A stretch of 62,843 nucleotides of DNA from Tilletiaria anomala UBC 951 (taxonomy: Eukaryota), in the NCBI RefSeq assembly GCF_000711695.1, contig NW_013547017.1, positions 310,001 through 372,843 on the forward strand, read 5' to 3'. The notes under the pieces are model-generated. The model saw only the letters and a program-made list of their open reading frames with translations, ran no database searches and had not been told where the DNA came from. This document shows, piece after piece, positions 21,183-33,670 of this stretch. Within the stretch, counting starts at the first letter, position 1. The number at the start of each line of letters is the position of its first letter. The translations under genes and the position numbers were made by a program.

Positions 21183-24100
21183 TCAATGGTTGTTGACGTG
21201 CCTGTATCGATCAAACACCGCATTACGTGCGTGTAAGTCCGCTGGCACGGGGTAGGCCTCGCCTACCAGTTCCTTGACGACGAGCATCAGCTTGTCCAGT
21301 CGAATGATGAGCCCTGCGGCTGTAGAGGCGCCGACAGCAAAGTTGAGATACGCAGGATCGCAAACAGTCGCGAATGTCACGTGAGTCGGCAAGCCGAGGT
21401 TGTCTTCGTCGTCGTCTTGTGTGATGGCGAATCCTGGCTTGAGCAGCAAAAAGCGGTCCAGCAGCGGACAAGGCGTGATCTGCGGCAAAGGCATCCCGGA
21501 TTGCAGTGCGGTCGAGCACATGATGAGGACTGCGACGACGTCGCCGATGAAAAGCGGGTCTGAAAGGCGGGTCCTCCGTAGGAGTGCCTTGGCCCAGGGC
21601 TCAGGGAGCTTCTTGAGAACTGAGACCAGATGACTCAACAGCTTCGAAATCTCCATCTGCACTTCGAACAGAGCTTGATACCTCTGTTTGGGCCATGTTC
21701 CTCGAAGACTCCACTCATAAGTGATGTTGGCGCTCGCGACGTTCAGTCGCCGTAACTTCCCCCTCAGTGCGATCAGAGCCTTGGTCATTCCCGTCGGCTT
21801 ACCCTCCTCTTGCCACGCTGCGTATGAGATCGCCTGGCAGTGCAGGTTGGCGATCTCTGCAATGGTCCGTGCATGGCTCATGCGCTGATGCTGCCGAAGT
21901 GTCGAGGTCGGCGGCAGGAGTGACACTATGGCTGCTATCGTCACGCCAATGATTACGCCAACCAACCGACGCCACATTACGGCGATTCCATACCCAATAT
22001 TGCCATATGTTGGGTCATGCGCGCCTTGCCAGCTGTACCCTATCACTAACGCGGCAGTGACTGCAACCAAGGAGCCAGAGATAGAGTCCCATATTCAGCA
22101 AACCATTGCAATAGGGTTGGTTGGCACTTGCATTCTCACCTCCAGTGATAATCAACGTTATAGGAGGGGCCGGATAGTAGAGGCGGAAGCTGAAGATTAA
22201 GATGAACCCAACAGCCGAGACGGCGCACAATGCATAAGGGTTTCCCTTCCCATGGCCATCTCCAATGTACCAGATGAGCACCCCGCAGATGCACCCCAAA
22301 ACAGTGGCGATGATTCGTGATACCAGGCCAAAGACCGTGTCCCCCTTGAATCGCGAGAGCGTCTGCAAGAGAAATGGAGATGTCAGCAAGGCTTGCTCCG
22401 CGAAGTGAGCTCGGAGCTGTGACGGACCAACTGCGCCATGAATATGCTCCAGATCGCACGGCTGCAGAAAAGGAGGCGTCAACGTTCCCGGAAACATAAG
22501 CCGAGCAGCGAATTCCCTCCTCACTTCACATAGCAGAATCTGAGGACATCGGATCTATCAGTTCAGATCCGCTGAGCACGAGTCGGCGCCACTCAAACTC
22601 ACTCGGCACTGCTCTTGAGATAGGTAGGTAGGGCGATGATGCCTGTCATGACAGCGGCCTTTAGAGCAAAGAGCATATTGCCTTGGAAAAGCGTACTGAG
22701 AAAGTCAAAAAGACTGCGATAGACCGCTTGCGCTGCAGTGCTTGGTGCCAAGGCGTCCGGATCACGTGGCTTGGAAACACCCAGCTCGATGATGGATGAA
22801 GGAGCTCCAAGAATTTCACTAGCCCCTTCTGTCGGATCTGCGTGTTGGTCCCCCTCGCCAAAGTCCAGCCAGGCCTCGAAGGACCACAATTTGGGGAGAT
22901 TCGGAGCCCAGAACCTGGGCATCGCTCTTGCATCACAGATACGGTTGACCTCGCGAAGGATCTGAAGTATGTGCTCCGTCGTTTCCATGTGGTGGAATTG
23001 GTGGACAAAGGCCTGGTAGAGGTAGCGATAAGGCACGGCGCTGGACAGCAAATCGTCCCCAGGGGTCTTGAATGGCTCAAGAATACCAAAGCGCGTCGCA
23101 ACGCGGAACTTTTCCAAATGGCGTTCAAGGTCAGAAACGGCATCGGCGAAGCCTTGAGCCGATGTTTGACTCTTGTGAAGACATCGTCTCGGTCTGAAGA
23201 AGCGATCCACTAGGTCGCTAAGACGGCTGTGATTCAAATCTTCGAGCCACTTGATCAGCAGCTGTAAAGCGTCATTGTTGGCCGCTAACAAATCTTGCGA
23301 ACATTCTCCGAGTAGCCGCACTGTTAACAGGCGAAGATGTCAACGAGCTCTGAACCGGATTTATTCTCGTGATGCGTACATACTCAGATTTTCAGTGAAG
23401 ACATCGTTTCCTGCTGGATGTAAGTGCGTCTCCACCTCTGCATATCGCAAACTTTCCCAAGTGCCCACAGGGGCTTGCTCTTCGCGTTGAGGGTGGTGAA
23501 AGATGGTACTCCGACGGCCCGATCCTGATGTTGAAGGAACCTTCGAGTGATGGTGAAAAACGTTGTGCAGCAGTGAATGATGATGAAGACCTGCTGTCGG
23601 TCGCCCATCTCCTTTCATGGAGCCATTTGACATTCGGGAGCCTAAAGCCATATGCCCACGCGACATGTTTGCGAATCGTCCATCTGCGACTGCATTCGAC
23701 GAGGTCGTCTCGTTCAGCGCATCACGAGTGGGAGACGGTGGACGTGACGGGGCCGGTGTGCTTGGCCTCGAGGAACGGGGTGTACCAACGACGCTCGCCG
23801 CTGGGGTACGTGGGAAGTGCGAGTGCTCCAAGTCTTGCCTGACCATGGCGTAATAGTATGCCATTCCGTCGCAAGAAGGGATCATCTTGCGTGTGAGGAT
23901 CTCGAGCTGCTTTAGGTCCGATCCATTGGCATGACCGAAGCTTAGCTCGCGCGTCAAAAGGCGAGAGGCCATCTGCAGAGGCATTAGTCCCGCCTCTGCC
24001 GTATTAAGTAGATTGGGGACGAGGTAGAAGTCAAAGTCTTCCTCGAGCGGGCTTTTCTTCAGCAGTTCTTGTTGTTGAGTCATGACTGAGGCCATAGGTT

Positions 24101-25106
24101 TAAGGACTGCGACAATGCGCTCGACGAACAGAGCGTTGTTGCTCTTAGGAAAGAAGACAAAGGATATGAGGATCGTCACACCCACCTTGACTGTCAGAGG
24201 TACCACGACCTGCTTTCCGAGCGAGTAGTACGCGTATGGAAAAAGCGGCGCGTACGTCAACATGATGTTGAGCAAGATGCATGACAGGACAGTTGCGAAG
24301 AGAAATGGCGAAGGGCCGAAGTGGATCTTGATCCACAGTAGGATGGCTGAGCCGAAAGCAAGGAAAAAGGCACAGACAATGGCCGGTTTGGTCTCGAGAT
24401 ATTCGGCTTGAAAAATGGCGACCGGATTTGGTACCTCGCTTGCCGCGAGCTTGACATCTCGAACGGCGTGCGCAATCGCCACTGCAATGCAGCTGTACGC
24501 CCAGGTGACGCAAAGGAAGAACAGCAAAAAAAACTCGCGCTCGATCACTGTCGCGAGAGGCGCCTCAGCCGGCTGGATGAAGGCACCGATCAGAATGAGG
24601 AATGATGCTTGACCAAGCATTAGCTGCACCGGATTTATGATCAGAAGCACCAGACATATCCAAGCTACGAGAGAGCTCCGAAAGACAGGCTTGAGCTTCG
24701 GCCATGTCAATATTGGAGGGATCCAGCTCCATTGACGCTCTAGAAATTTGTAGATCGCGCTGCCCTTCCATGACTCTCGCAGTTTGCACTTGCCACTAGA
24801 ATCGGTCGTTGATGTTTGTCCCGCTCCAGCTTTGTCGGCGCCCAAATCGAGGTGAACGTGAAAGTCATTTCGAGGTTTGTGGCGCTGTCGAAGAGACTTG
24901 GAAACGTTCTCTGCGAAATCAGCGTGTCCGTTCGGATCCACCTTTCCTTGAGAGATGCTGACGCCCCCAGCTTCGAGGTTCCCTGACCAGTGCTCGGGGC
25001 TAACGTCTGACACGCCGTTTGGGAGCATGTCGTCGCCAGTAGGCTGCCGGGGGAACCGCGAGGGGCGTACGCCGCGCCCGGGGGCCGTTTCTTCATCGGC
25101 TGACAT
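21183..25106 (-). CDS. Multi-pass membrane protein, BRE4/ArAE/FUSC-like (DUF2421-type)
   Basis: Two hydrophobic TM blocks; WPKLKPVFRSSLVAW, KPRDPDALAP, FALKAAV, RIIATVLG, LVIGYSW, WRRLVGVIIGV, YEWSLRGTWPKQRY, PLPQITP and KELVGE. Multiple introns. Confidence 0.82.
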
Positions 25107-25281
25107 TCCCTAGTGCTAGTTCAATGTTGTGACGTTGATGGTGCCCGAGCACGCATCTGTAAGGGAACTGTACTCCTAAACATCTTAGCACGGTATCCTT
25201 AACCGACAGCCATTAAGGCACAAGCAACTTACAAAGCCGATTGCCGGATGAATAGTGGGGCCAGCTCGAACTCACAATGCC

Positions 25282-25292
25282 GTCGCGACGCG
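25282..25292. promoter_or_regulatory. Recurrent GTCGCGACGCG promoter motif (overlaps ACGCGT)
   Basis: Exact 11-mer also at 8914 and 27161; lies in a divergent intergenic region. Confidence 0.4.
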
Positions 25293-25573
25293 TGACTTTT
25301 TTGACCGTTGTAGTGCACACGTATATCTCGGCCGAAATGCTACACGCGATTGGCCTTTCGTTGTTTAATTACTACTGTGTGACCTAATTATCAATGACTT
25401 GGCCAGTTTGGCAACTTCTCTTCACGTGTAGGTATTGATGGAAATGGGAGCTCTCCAATCGGCAGAGCTTCGATTGGATTCTCCAGCCTCCAGGCTTGTG
25501 TCTGCTTGCTTTTTTGCAAGGACAGTCTTGCTCGCACACTGATAAGCATAAAATCTCGGCACGGCCATCCAGC

Positions 25574-26991
25574 ATGACGTGCAGAACCTCCCCGGCTTGC
25601 GCAGAGGCATGCCGAGTGGCCCTTCGATGCCGGCCTTTGCGCCGTCGGGCCACCGTGCTGACATCAGCTCCTTGGATACATCGATGCGGATATGCTTCAG
25701 CAACGTCGATGCCGCCTGGAACAAGTCCTCAGACTACCAATCCGAAGCCGGGTCCACCCAAGCCCAATTCACCATTTACCATCTTCGATCGTGCAGTCAA
25801 GGTAGCGCAGAAGGACCGAGCAGCTTCGCGCCGACCAGTATCGGCTGACCGGCGATCATTCGAGGGGAACCCAGGGGACTCTTCAAGATTGACAGACTAT
25901 GTTCGCAGCGCACTCGCCGAAAATGTGGCAGAGCGTCTGCTTGACATCAAGCGGCCGCATTCCACCATCGTCGAGATCGGGTCGGGCCCAGGAAGCTTAC
26001 GTCAGTTTCTAGACGTCAGTCAAACGAAAACGCAGAGGCTTATCATGTGTGACTCAAGCGGTAAGCTTTCGCTTCGTGGCGTTTTCCGGCTGAAGTGACA
26101 TGCCTCAACTTTGGATATGCACGCAGAGAAGATGCTCTACCGGGATCAACATCTAGATTCACAAGCCCCCTGTATGTGTTCGCTCTCGGGTTTCTTGCCG
26201 ACGCCTCGCTGACTTTAGAATCTCTCTGCAGTTGAAATTGAACGCCGAGTAATGGATGAGGAATTTCTAGAATTCGAAGAAAACTCGCTTGACTGCGTCG
26301 TTTCCATCGGGTCTCTGCAATGGACGAACGATCTTCCAGGAGCGCTCATTCAGATCCGTCGAGCTTTAAAGCCCGACGGGGTCTTTGTAGGTGCCATTTG
26401 CGGAGGCGACACGCTTTTCGAGCTTCGGACAAGCTTGCAGCTCGCTGAACAGGAGAGAGAAGGAGGGATATCTGCAAGAGTTTCGCCCATGGCAGGTGAG
26501 CTGCCGAAGATGCACTCGCACCTAATTGATCCTTACTGATCCAGCCAAAAACATGCAGAATCAAGTGACATGGCCTCGCTGCTGTCGCGTGCTGGCTTCA
26601 ATATACCCACAATCGATGTCGACGACGTGACCGTCTCCTACCCTTCCATGTTTGAGCTGATCCACGACTTGCGAGATATGGGTGAAAGCAACGCGATCAT
26701 CAACCGCCGGCCGAATCTGCAACGAGACACGCTTCTCAGTGCAGCTGCTACCTACCAAGCGCTTCACGGCAACGAAGACGGCACCATACCGGCAACATTC
26801 AGTGTCATTTTCATGGTGAGTCGGCAATATCTCTGTGACTCGAGCGCGCAGGGCTGATGGCTTTTATCCCCGTGACTGGCCTGAAGATTGGTTGGAAGCC
26901 AGCCGAGTCTCAGCCACAACCATTGAAGCGTGGCAGCGGACAGGTTAGCCTGAAGGAGGTGCTGGGCAACCCCGAAGATTCTCGTAGATAG
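25574..26991 (+). CDS. NDUFAF5: Mitochondrial complex I assembly factor 5 (SAM-dependent methyltransferase-fold arginine hydroxylase)
   Basis: Arg-rich presequence; [114 protein letters not shown]; stop at 26989-26991. Confidence 0.95.
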
Positions 26992-27160
26992 TCTTGCGAT
27001 GCACACATATCGCTGTCCCTTGAGCGTCCCTTCTTGGAGTCTTTGAGAGTAAACGCTTTCACGCCCTGGGGTCTATTGATTCAGCATTGAGTATATGCGA
27101 TATTTAGTCATCCATGTCAGCGAGATCTATATCCAGACTCTTTGAGAGGTGACGAGGCCA

Positions 27161-27171
27161 GTCGCGACGCG
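27161..27171. promoter_or_regulatory. Recurrent GTCGCGACGCG promoter motif
   Basis: Third exact copy, ~320 bp upstream of the BEM46 ATG. Confidence 0.4.
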
Positions 27172-27490
27172 CTAAGACTGGCATTAGACCAGCCACCGCC
27201 CGCCACCTCGGCTCCCAGCCAATCAAAATCAGAATGGCACTCACAAAGGGTCACTCTCCGCAACCATCTTGACCAAATTGGGTCAGCGCAGGTGCAACTA
27301 TTCAAGCAAGGACGCCGAACAAAGTTGCGCTCTCGAACCTCTTCTTGGGTCGTAGGTTCAGCGCTTGGCCTTTGTTCGAGACAGCTTGCTCGGTGGGGAC
27401 CGACTGTTGCCGCGTGGGTTGGCTTATCGCCATCTCTACTGCCGATCTGCAATAGCCTCCAGTACCAGCAATTATCTGCAACCTAGCACC

Positions 27491-28946
27491 ATGGGGTACC
27501 TACCGTCGCTTGGAACGCTGGTTCGCGTGACGCTGGGCGTAGTGGTGGTCGGCATCGCTTCCACCGCCGGGCTGTTGTATCGCTACCAACGCTTACTCAT
27601 TTATCCCTCAACGATCCCCGCCCGTTCGCGAACCGAAGTGATGACACCCGATCAGTTTGGCATGCCATACACCGAAGAGAAGCTACAGACACCTGATGGC
27701 GAGACAATCCGCCTGTATGTCATTTTGCAAGATGGTAACGCTGAGCGCGCAGCTGGGAAGACGCCCAAAGCCACAGGCGCAGAGGCAGCCAAGGGCAGAC
27801 CTACCGTTCTCTTTCTCCACGCAAATGCTGGTAACATGGTTAGTACGCATTCATCACATCTGAAGGCAAGCCCTACCGTTTTCACCTAACAAACACTCTT
27901 TTTCACAGGGCCACCGCTTGCCTCTTGCGAAAGTCTTCTACCGACGATTTGGTTGCAACATTGTCATGCTTTCCTATCGCGGCTACGGTCTTTCGACCGG
28001 CAGCCCATCAGAAGTGGGGATACGGATAGATTCACAGACGACTCTCGACTACATCAAGGAGCACCCTTTACTGAGCCAAACAACCCTGGTCGGCTACGGG
28101 CAAAGCTTAGGCGGCGCTGTCGCCGTCGATGTCGCTCAACGGAACCCAAAGCATGTGCATGCGCTCATCGTCGAGAACACGTGAGTGCGCCATTGCCCCT
28201 CGCCGACTGCAGCCCTGACCGACGCAAATGGCTCTGTACAGCTTCTTGTCCATTCCTGAGATGGTTCCCCACGTTCTGCCACCCGTAAAGCCTTTTCTCT
28301 TCCTGTGCCGTGCGTTCTTTTGACCGCTTCACAACGTGAAGCGAGCGTTCAGCTAATGCTCCAGTCTTGCACTTCGCAGGGGAATACTGGCTAACGGGTG
28401 AGCTCATCAAGAAGCTCCCGCGGTCGTTCCCCGTGCTCTTTTTGAGCGGCCGGCAGGACGAGCTCGTGCCGCCATCGCACATGGATGCACTGTTCGAGCG
28501 TTGCAGCTCCGAGAAGAAACACTTCAAAGCAATCCCAGAAGGCATGCACAGTCAGTATATGTTTGGCACGGACAGAAATGCGATCAGTAGTAGCTGACAG
28601 CTTGCAAATTTTCTCTTGCAGATGATACTTGTTCGAAGGTGAGGCCCACTGACGGACTATCCAGTCAATCCGATGGACTGACACATAACATTCCAATCAT
28701 CCCTAGCCTGATTACTTTGAAGAGATAGCCACGTTCCTCAGACGCTACGTGGTACCGGTGTCTCATTCGGGCTCCGCAACGGCCAGTTCTGCACCCTCGG
28801 CCGCTTCGTCACCAGCACTACCTCTGCACCAGGAACTTCGGAAGCGCGGCGGTGCTACAGACGATACCGATGGCGATGCAGAGGTCCTGACGGATGAGGG
28901 GGAGTGGGTCAAGATGAGCGGCTCGGACATTTCGTCAAAGATGTGA
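27491..28946 (+). CDS. BEM46: BEM46/ABHD13-family alpha/beta hydrolase, multi-exon
   Basis: N-terminal TM helix, YQRLLIYPS, FLHANAGNM|GHRLP, SYRGYGLSTGSPSE, YGQSLGGAV, IVENT|FLS, SGRQDELVPPSHM and GMH|NDTC. The last motif is completed by a 17-nt micro-exon at 28622-28638. Confidence 0.93.
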
Positions 28947-29247
28947 ATGCACAGCCGAATGCTATGCGCCTTGTTCAGCGCTGTACTGTACTGCATTGCT
29001 CCACTCCCAATTGGGACAATCTGGTACCCTCAGCATGCTTTCAGAGTTCACACCTGTATAGTAGCATTTCCTGTCTCAACGTATATGCTACTCTCCTTCA
29101 TGCTTTCCATCTTATCTTTGATCCTGGTCCAATCGCGAACGTCAGAGATTTTGGTCGATATGAGTACAGGCGTCAGTCCCTGAATCTCTCTTTGCGCAGG
29201 CCATCCGGAATGCATGCAGGGCGAACAGTCTCCATACGTAGACTTTT

Positions 29248-29846
29248 TCACTTGGTGAGGAATCGGGCGAACTTTCCGAAGATGTGCAGCAAGACGACCG
29301 AGAAAACGAAAGAGACGGCCAGAACCAGGACGACGACCGGGTCACTGCAGCGTGGCAAGGGCAGGAAACGTCAGCTCGGCTGCGAGGCCTCCTCAAGACT
29401 GTGGGGTATCCTTGGCGCCTCAGATGAGTACTTACACGCTCAAGCCTGCATTGTCGTCGGTATATAGCCTCATCATCGTGTTTGAGCTTCCACCTGCGCC
29501 TGCTGCTCGTGTGCTGTTTGGCTTGTTTGCTGCCTGCTGCGCCGCTCGCCGCCTGAGAAAGTGCGAACCAAATCCAGATTAACGATTCTTCCTTAATAAG
29601 CTTTGCAAGCAGTCCCCTCCGTCGGACCACTCCTCTGGATCCGACTGTTGTGCTCACCTCACTGCACCTGAGTTGCGAGCAGCAAGAGCTGCGAGGTCAG
29701 GCTGCGAGCCACTTGCTTTGGCGGTGTCAGACTGGCAGGAACAAACAGGAAGCGATGGGCGGATGCGGGTCAGGATGTCGCATTTTTCTCGGTAGCTTTT
29801 TCCTTGAAGCACAGGCTTGCTGACCCACTGTGTATGAACTCACCAT
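29248..29846 (-). CDS. SBH1: Sec61 translocon beta subunit (Sbh1), 96 aa, 4 coding exons; absent from the ORF track
   Basis: Exons 29846-29844 (ATG only), 29731-29658, 29552-29436 and 29344-29248 give M-SDTAKASGSQPDLAALAARNSGAVRRRAAQQAANKPNSTRAAGAGGSSNTMMRLYTDDNAGLSVDPVVVLVLAVSFVFSVVLLHIFGKFARFLTK*. Confidence 0.96.
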
Positions 29847-30263
29847 GGTGGATGTGTGACCCTCTTCGGTACCTTTGGGCGTGAGTTTCGGAAAGGTCTT
29901 GAAGAAGGACGCCTCCAGCATTACTTGAGAGGGATTGAGCTGCGACCGACTGGTGAGATGGACTTTCGCTCGTGTGCAGTCTGCACTCTGCTGCAGAGCC
30001 GCAGGGCGGCCCCACATCACGAACGGCCCACCGCCTACACTTGGCCACTCACTACATTCGAGGGAACGCACACCAGAGAAAGAGAAAGACGCCGATGGGG
30101 GAAGACGCCGTGCATCCAAAAAGCTGGACCTCGACATGAAAGCAGATTTGATCCGATCTTTTTATTTACCTTCATCCGGGCAGTTCAGCATCATCTCGAG
30201 CAGGCTTTGAGGCAAGCATTATCGGAAGTTCATCGCTCTACAGGCGTGAGCTCCATTCAAAAA

Positions 30264-30669
30264 ATGGCACTGCTGTCAGAAGACCAGAAGGTATGTGTGT
30301 TTTATAGCCCAAACTATGGCTGCATAGCCACGCCAGCCAAGTGCTCTGCTCGACAATCCTCTTCTTCATGCCATCAACCTAGTGCTGACTGTCGCTGCAC
30401 CATCTGATGATCCTCGGCTCTCAGGAGTGGATCGGCCGCTGTGTCGAGGCCGGGAAAGGCGTTCTGCACTATGGCTGGGTGCCGTTTGTGCTCTACATTG
30501 GCTACACTCGGTCGACGCCTCAACCAAGTCTGATCAAGTGAGCTTCATTGCGCCTTTTCGACCTGTCTTTTTTCGATGGTTTGTGCTGGTAGCACTTACG
30601 GATGTTGACAACGCTTGCGAAAATTTCTATTGCATTTTCTTTTGCAGATTGATCAGCCCGCTAGCGTAA
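30264..30669 (+). CDS. TOM7: Mitochondrial import receptor subunit Tom7, 53 aa, 3 exons; not resolved in the ORF track
   Basis: Exons 30264-30290, 30425-30537 and 30648-30669 give MALLSEDQKEWIGRCVEAGKGVLHYGWVPFVLYIGYTRSTPQPSLIKLISPLA*, which carries the Tom7 signature HYGW.P. Confidence 0.96.
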
Positions 30670-30895
30670 GAGGTCCCTTGTACCTTGGTCCTCCACTGTA
30701 CTACTAAATCCTTGCTGCAACACACCCTTCAACCTTCAAGGCCGTTGAGTCCAGCGCAATTGCAGAACTTTCACCCTCTCAGTTGATGGCGCATTTTCTA
30801 TGACTCCGTGGCTTCATATGGCGCTGAAATCGCTTTAAGATACATGGAGAGCGACATCCGCGACGAAGGAGAGTGCTTTGCTGACAGGGAGCGTG

Positions 30896-31940
30896 TCAGA
30901 GAGCGGTCGTCGCTTCAGCACAGAACGAACATGTCAGCTGAGGAGACTTGCCTATCCTCTCGGCTGAAAATGCGTACTCACGGTCCCAAGTGACGCCACT
31001 GCCAGTCTCCAGGGCATCCAGCTTCTTCATGTCATTTTCGGTTATGACGAAGTCAAAGATGTCCGAATTCTCCTGCATGATTCAGCGGCGGGTAAGCCCT
31101 TCGAGCAGTGAAATACATCGGTCATCAAAGCAAGCCTCACCTTGATCCTCGTCGGGTTGGCAGACTTGGGCAAGCAGATATGACCAGACTGCAGCGACCA
31201 CCGGATCAACAGCTGCGAGGGAGTCTTCTCGTATGTCTTCGCGATCTCATGCAGCTCGGGGAGGTCGACGTGTGCGCCTTTACCCAAAGGACTGTACGCT
31301 TCCACGAGGATATTGTGTTTCAAGCATGCGTTGACGATCTCGCGGCGCTGGAAGAAAGGAGAAACCTCGATCTGATTGACTGCAGGTGGCGAATCTGGGA
31401 ACGCAGCGATGACCTCCTCGATGTGGTGGCTCCCGTAATTGCTGACACCGATAGATTTGACGAGGCCGAGCTTTTGTGCCTTGATCAGATCGCCGTACGC
31501 CTTCGTCCGGGTCGCCTTGCCTGGGTTCGGCGAGTGCAAGAGCATGAGGTCTAAGTAGCCGAGACCACTCTTCTTAACAGAGTCCTGGACAGATACCAAG
31601 CATTTGCTTTGAGCGCTATCCCACACTTTGGACGTGACGAAGATTTGTTCTCTGGGAATGCCACTTGCCAGCACGGCAGCCCCGACTTCGGCCTCATTGG
31701 CGTACATCTGTTGATGGAATATATTCGCAATTTGCAGTCAGGGAAATGCAACTTCAGAAATAGTGATCCACGACGACGCACCTGGGCCGAGTCAATGTGT
31801 CTATAACCTAGATCCAAAGCCGCCTTGACGGCTCTTTCGCCCTCTTTGCCTTTGGAGAGATAGACACCCAAACCCAGCTGTGGGATCTCTCTCCCATCGT
31901 TGAGCTTGAGCCTTCTTTCAATCGAAAGTTGTTTCGCCAT
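30896..31940 (-). CDS. Aldo-keto reductase (AKR5/GCY-like)
   Basis: IPQLGLGVY, GYRHIDSAQ|MYANEAEVG, IFVTSKVW, YLDLMLLHSP, SIGVSNY, PAVNQIE, LLIRWSLQ, LPKS..P.RI and ENSDIFDF. Confidence 0.95.
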
Positions 31941-32399
31941 AGCTGCAAAGGAGTGTGAGCGTGAGCGACTTTTGCGCAGATGACCTGGAATGCTTAGTGG
32001 CCGAGGTTGCGAAATGATGGGCGATGGTAATGAGTACCTGTGAGCCGGTCAGAGGCGATGCGCGTAACTATCAAACGGGCGGGACGAAGGAATGCAAACT
32101 TGGAAGCAGTAAAAATGTGCAGCATGGATGTGTTTTGACCTCAGATCTCGTAGTTTCCATTTGTTCTGGCTGGCAACGACTGCGGTGAATTGCGTTAATT
32201 ATATAGGGGACGCATGCGTCATATCGTCATTGTTCGAGGGCTAATACAATAGGGAAGTCAGTTGTCCACTGCTTGGTGCTCGATGTGCTCATCCCGCTGG
32301 ACACTGTCGCGTAATACTATATCTCCGCACCTCGTAATCGGTGCAATTCGCATGGAACGGCGTGACCACCATTACACGAACTCAAGGCTCACTTACGTA

Positions 32400-33540
32400 T
32401 CATACATCAAATACTCGCATAACCTTCGGTCCAATGCGCGTCTCCTTCGAGTAGTCTATTATAACTTTCATCAGTACAACCCAAGGTATGACAGGCCGAA
32501 GGCGCGAAGGTAGCTCAAAGACGATGTCAGAAACCCAAGGACATGTCGTCCGCGTTGGAAGCTGTCTTGGTGCGGATTGCAAACCTACTGTCAGCCTCAA
32601 TCCCTTTGGTGTGAGGGCTTGTCAACGTTGGCGTTTTGCTCTATTCATACCCGCCATGTATGTCCAGCTGATCGCATACAGGATTGCGGAGAGGAGGAAG
32701 CATGCATGAGAGATAGCATCGCCGGCGGTGAAGTCAGTGCCAGGATAGACCTGACCCACAGGAACGCCGCCTGCATTTCACTGACAATGACCGCCAGGTG
32801 TAATTCGTCAGCTTCGACGGGTCGTCAGACGGTAATGAGCGCATCTCACATGGAAGGTTGCATGCCAGACGGGAACCCTAACTTGATTGCACCGGTAGGA
32901 TTGCTTGTGAGCGTGCTGATATTGCTACCGACGAAAGGATAGTACAAATCAGCCAAAAGCAAATAGAGTACCTTGTGCTGCGACTGCTTATTGCGAACAG
33001 GATAGCGTATCCAGCAGCATCGATAATGGCAGTGCTGATCATGGTCGCGTGACGCCAGCCGTAGCGATCTGTCAATGCCGCAGCAACAACATGAGACAGG
33101 ACGGCCTACATGGACGGTCGAATGAAACGCGGCTGAACTTGCACCGTGTTGTAATGTCCAATGGACCGAATTATGGAGGGCAAGGTTGCCACGGCGAAGA
33201 GCAACGTGTGTGAAACTGAAACGCCAGTCTGTTCAGTTGTCATCCGGGGTCCGCAATGACTGCACTTACGACTTGATCAAGAGCAGAAAGTCAGATTTTC
33301 GGATCCTTGGCGGGCGCTTTGACTTTCGACAAATCGATGGAGTACGCGGCCATCGCCCCAAAGGCATTGCTTTCTTCGAAGTGAATGCACAGCACATCTT
33401 TTGTCCGGGGATGGCATACCACGCGGAGTGCCAGGCATCTACCAGGATGAAGTAGCTTGCGAGATCAAGTGCAAAGTAATACTTTAACATGATAAGTAGA
33501 AGAGCCTTCAGTTTCCCATGCATTCTAGTTCGCTGCATGA
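32400..33540 (-). pseudogene. Degraded MFS transporter (ACS/Dal5-like) relic covering the C-terminal ~60%
   Basis: Collinear fragments in shifting frames: LASYFILVD; IDLSKVKAPAKDPKI*LSAL; LPSIIRSIGHYNTVQVQP..PSM*AVLSHVVAAALTDRYGWR; AAGYAILF..TRYSICF; *NAGGVPVGQVYP..FLLSAILYAISWTYMAGMNRAKR. Stops at 33291, 33106, 32778 and 32622. Confidence 0.75.
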
Positions 33541-33670
33541 GTGGTCAAAACATCCTCATCCATAGTTCAGGGTTCGCACCCGTGCAAAAATTTGTAGCCC
33601 AGGTACAGCAGCGAGCAGGTCATTCGAACTGATAGCATCCAGCTTCAAAGACAGCACACACATGCTCGCA

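Noticed and set aside
1975..28946. ABHD12-like and BEM46 hydrolases plus ELO/TSC13 as a lipid biosynthetic gene cluster
   Set aside because: Spread over 27 kb among unrelated housekeeping genes, with no PKS/NRPS/FAS or cluster regulator.
29142..30407. ORF-track proteins of 136-187 aa around 29-30 kb
   Set aside because: Wrong-frame read-throughs of the spliced Sec61-beta and TOM7 genes and their promoter.
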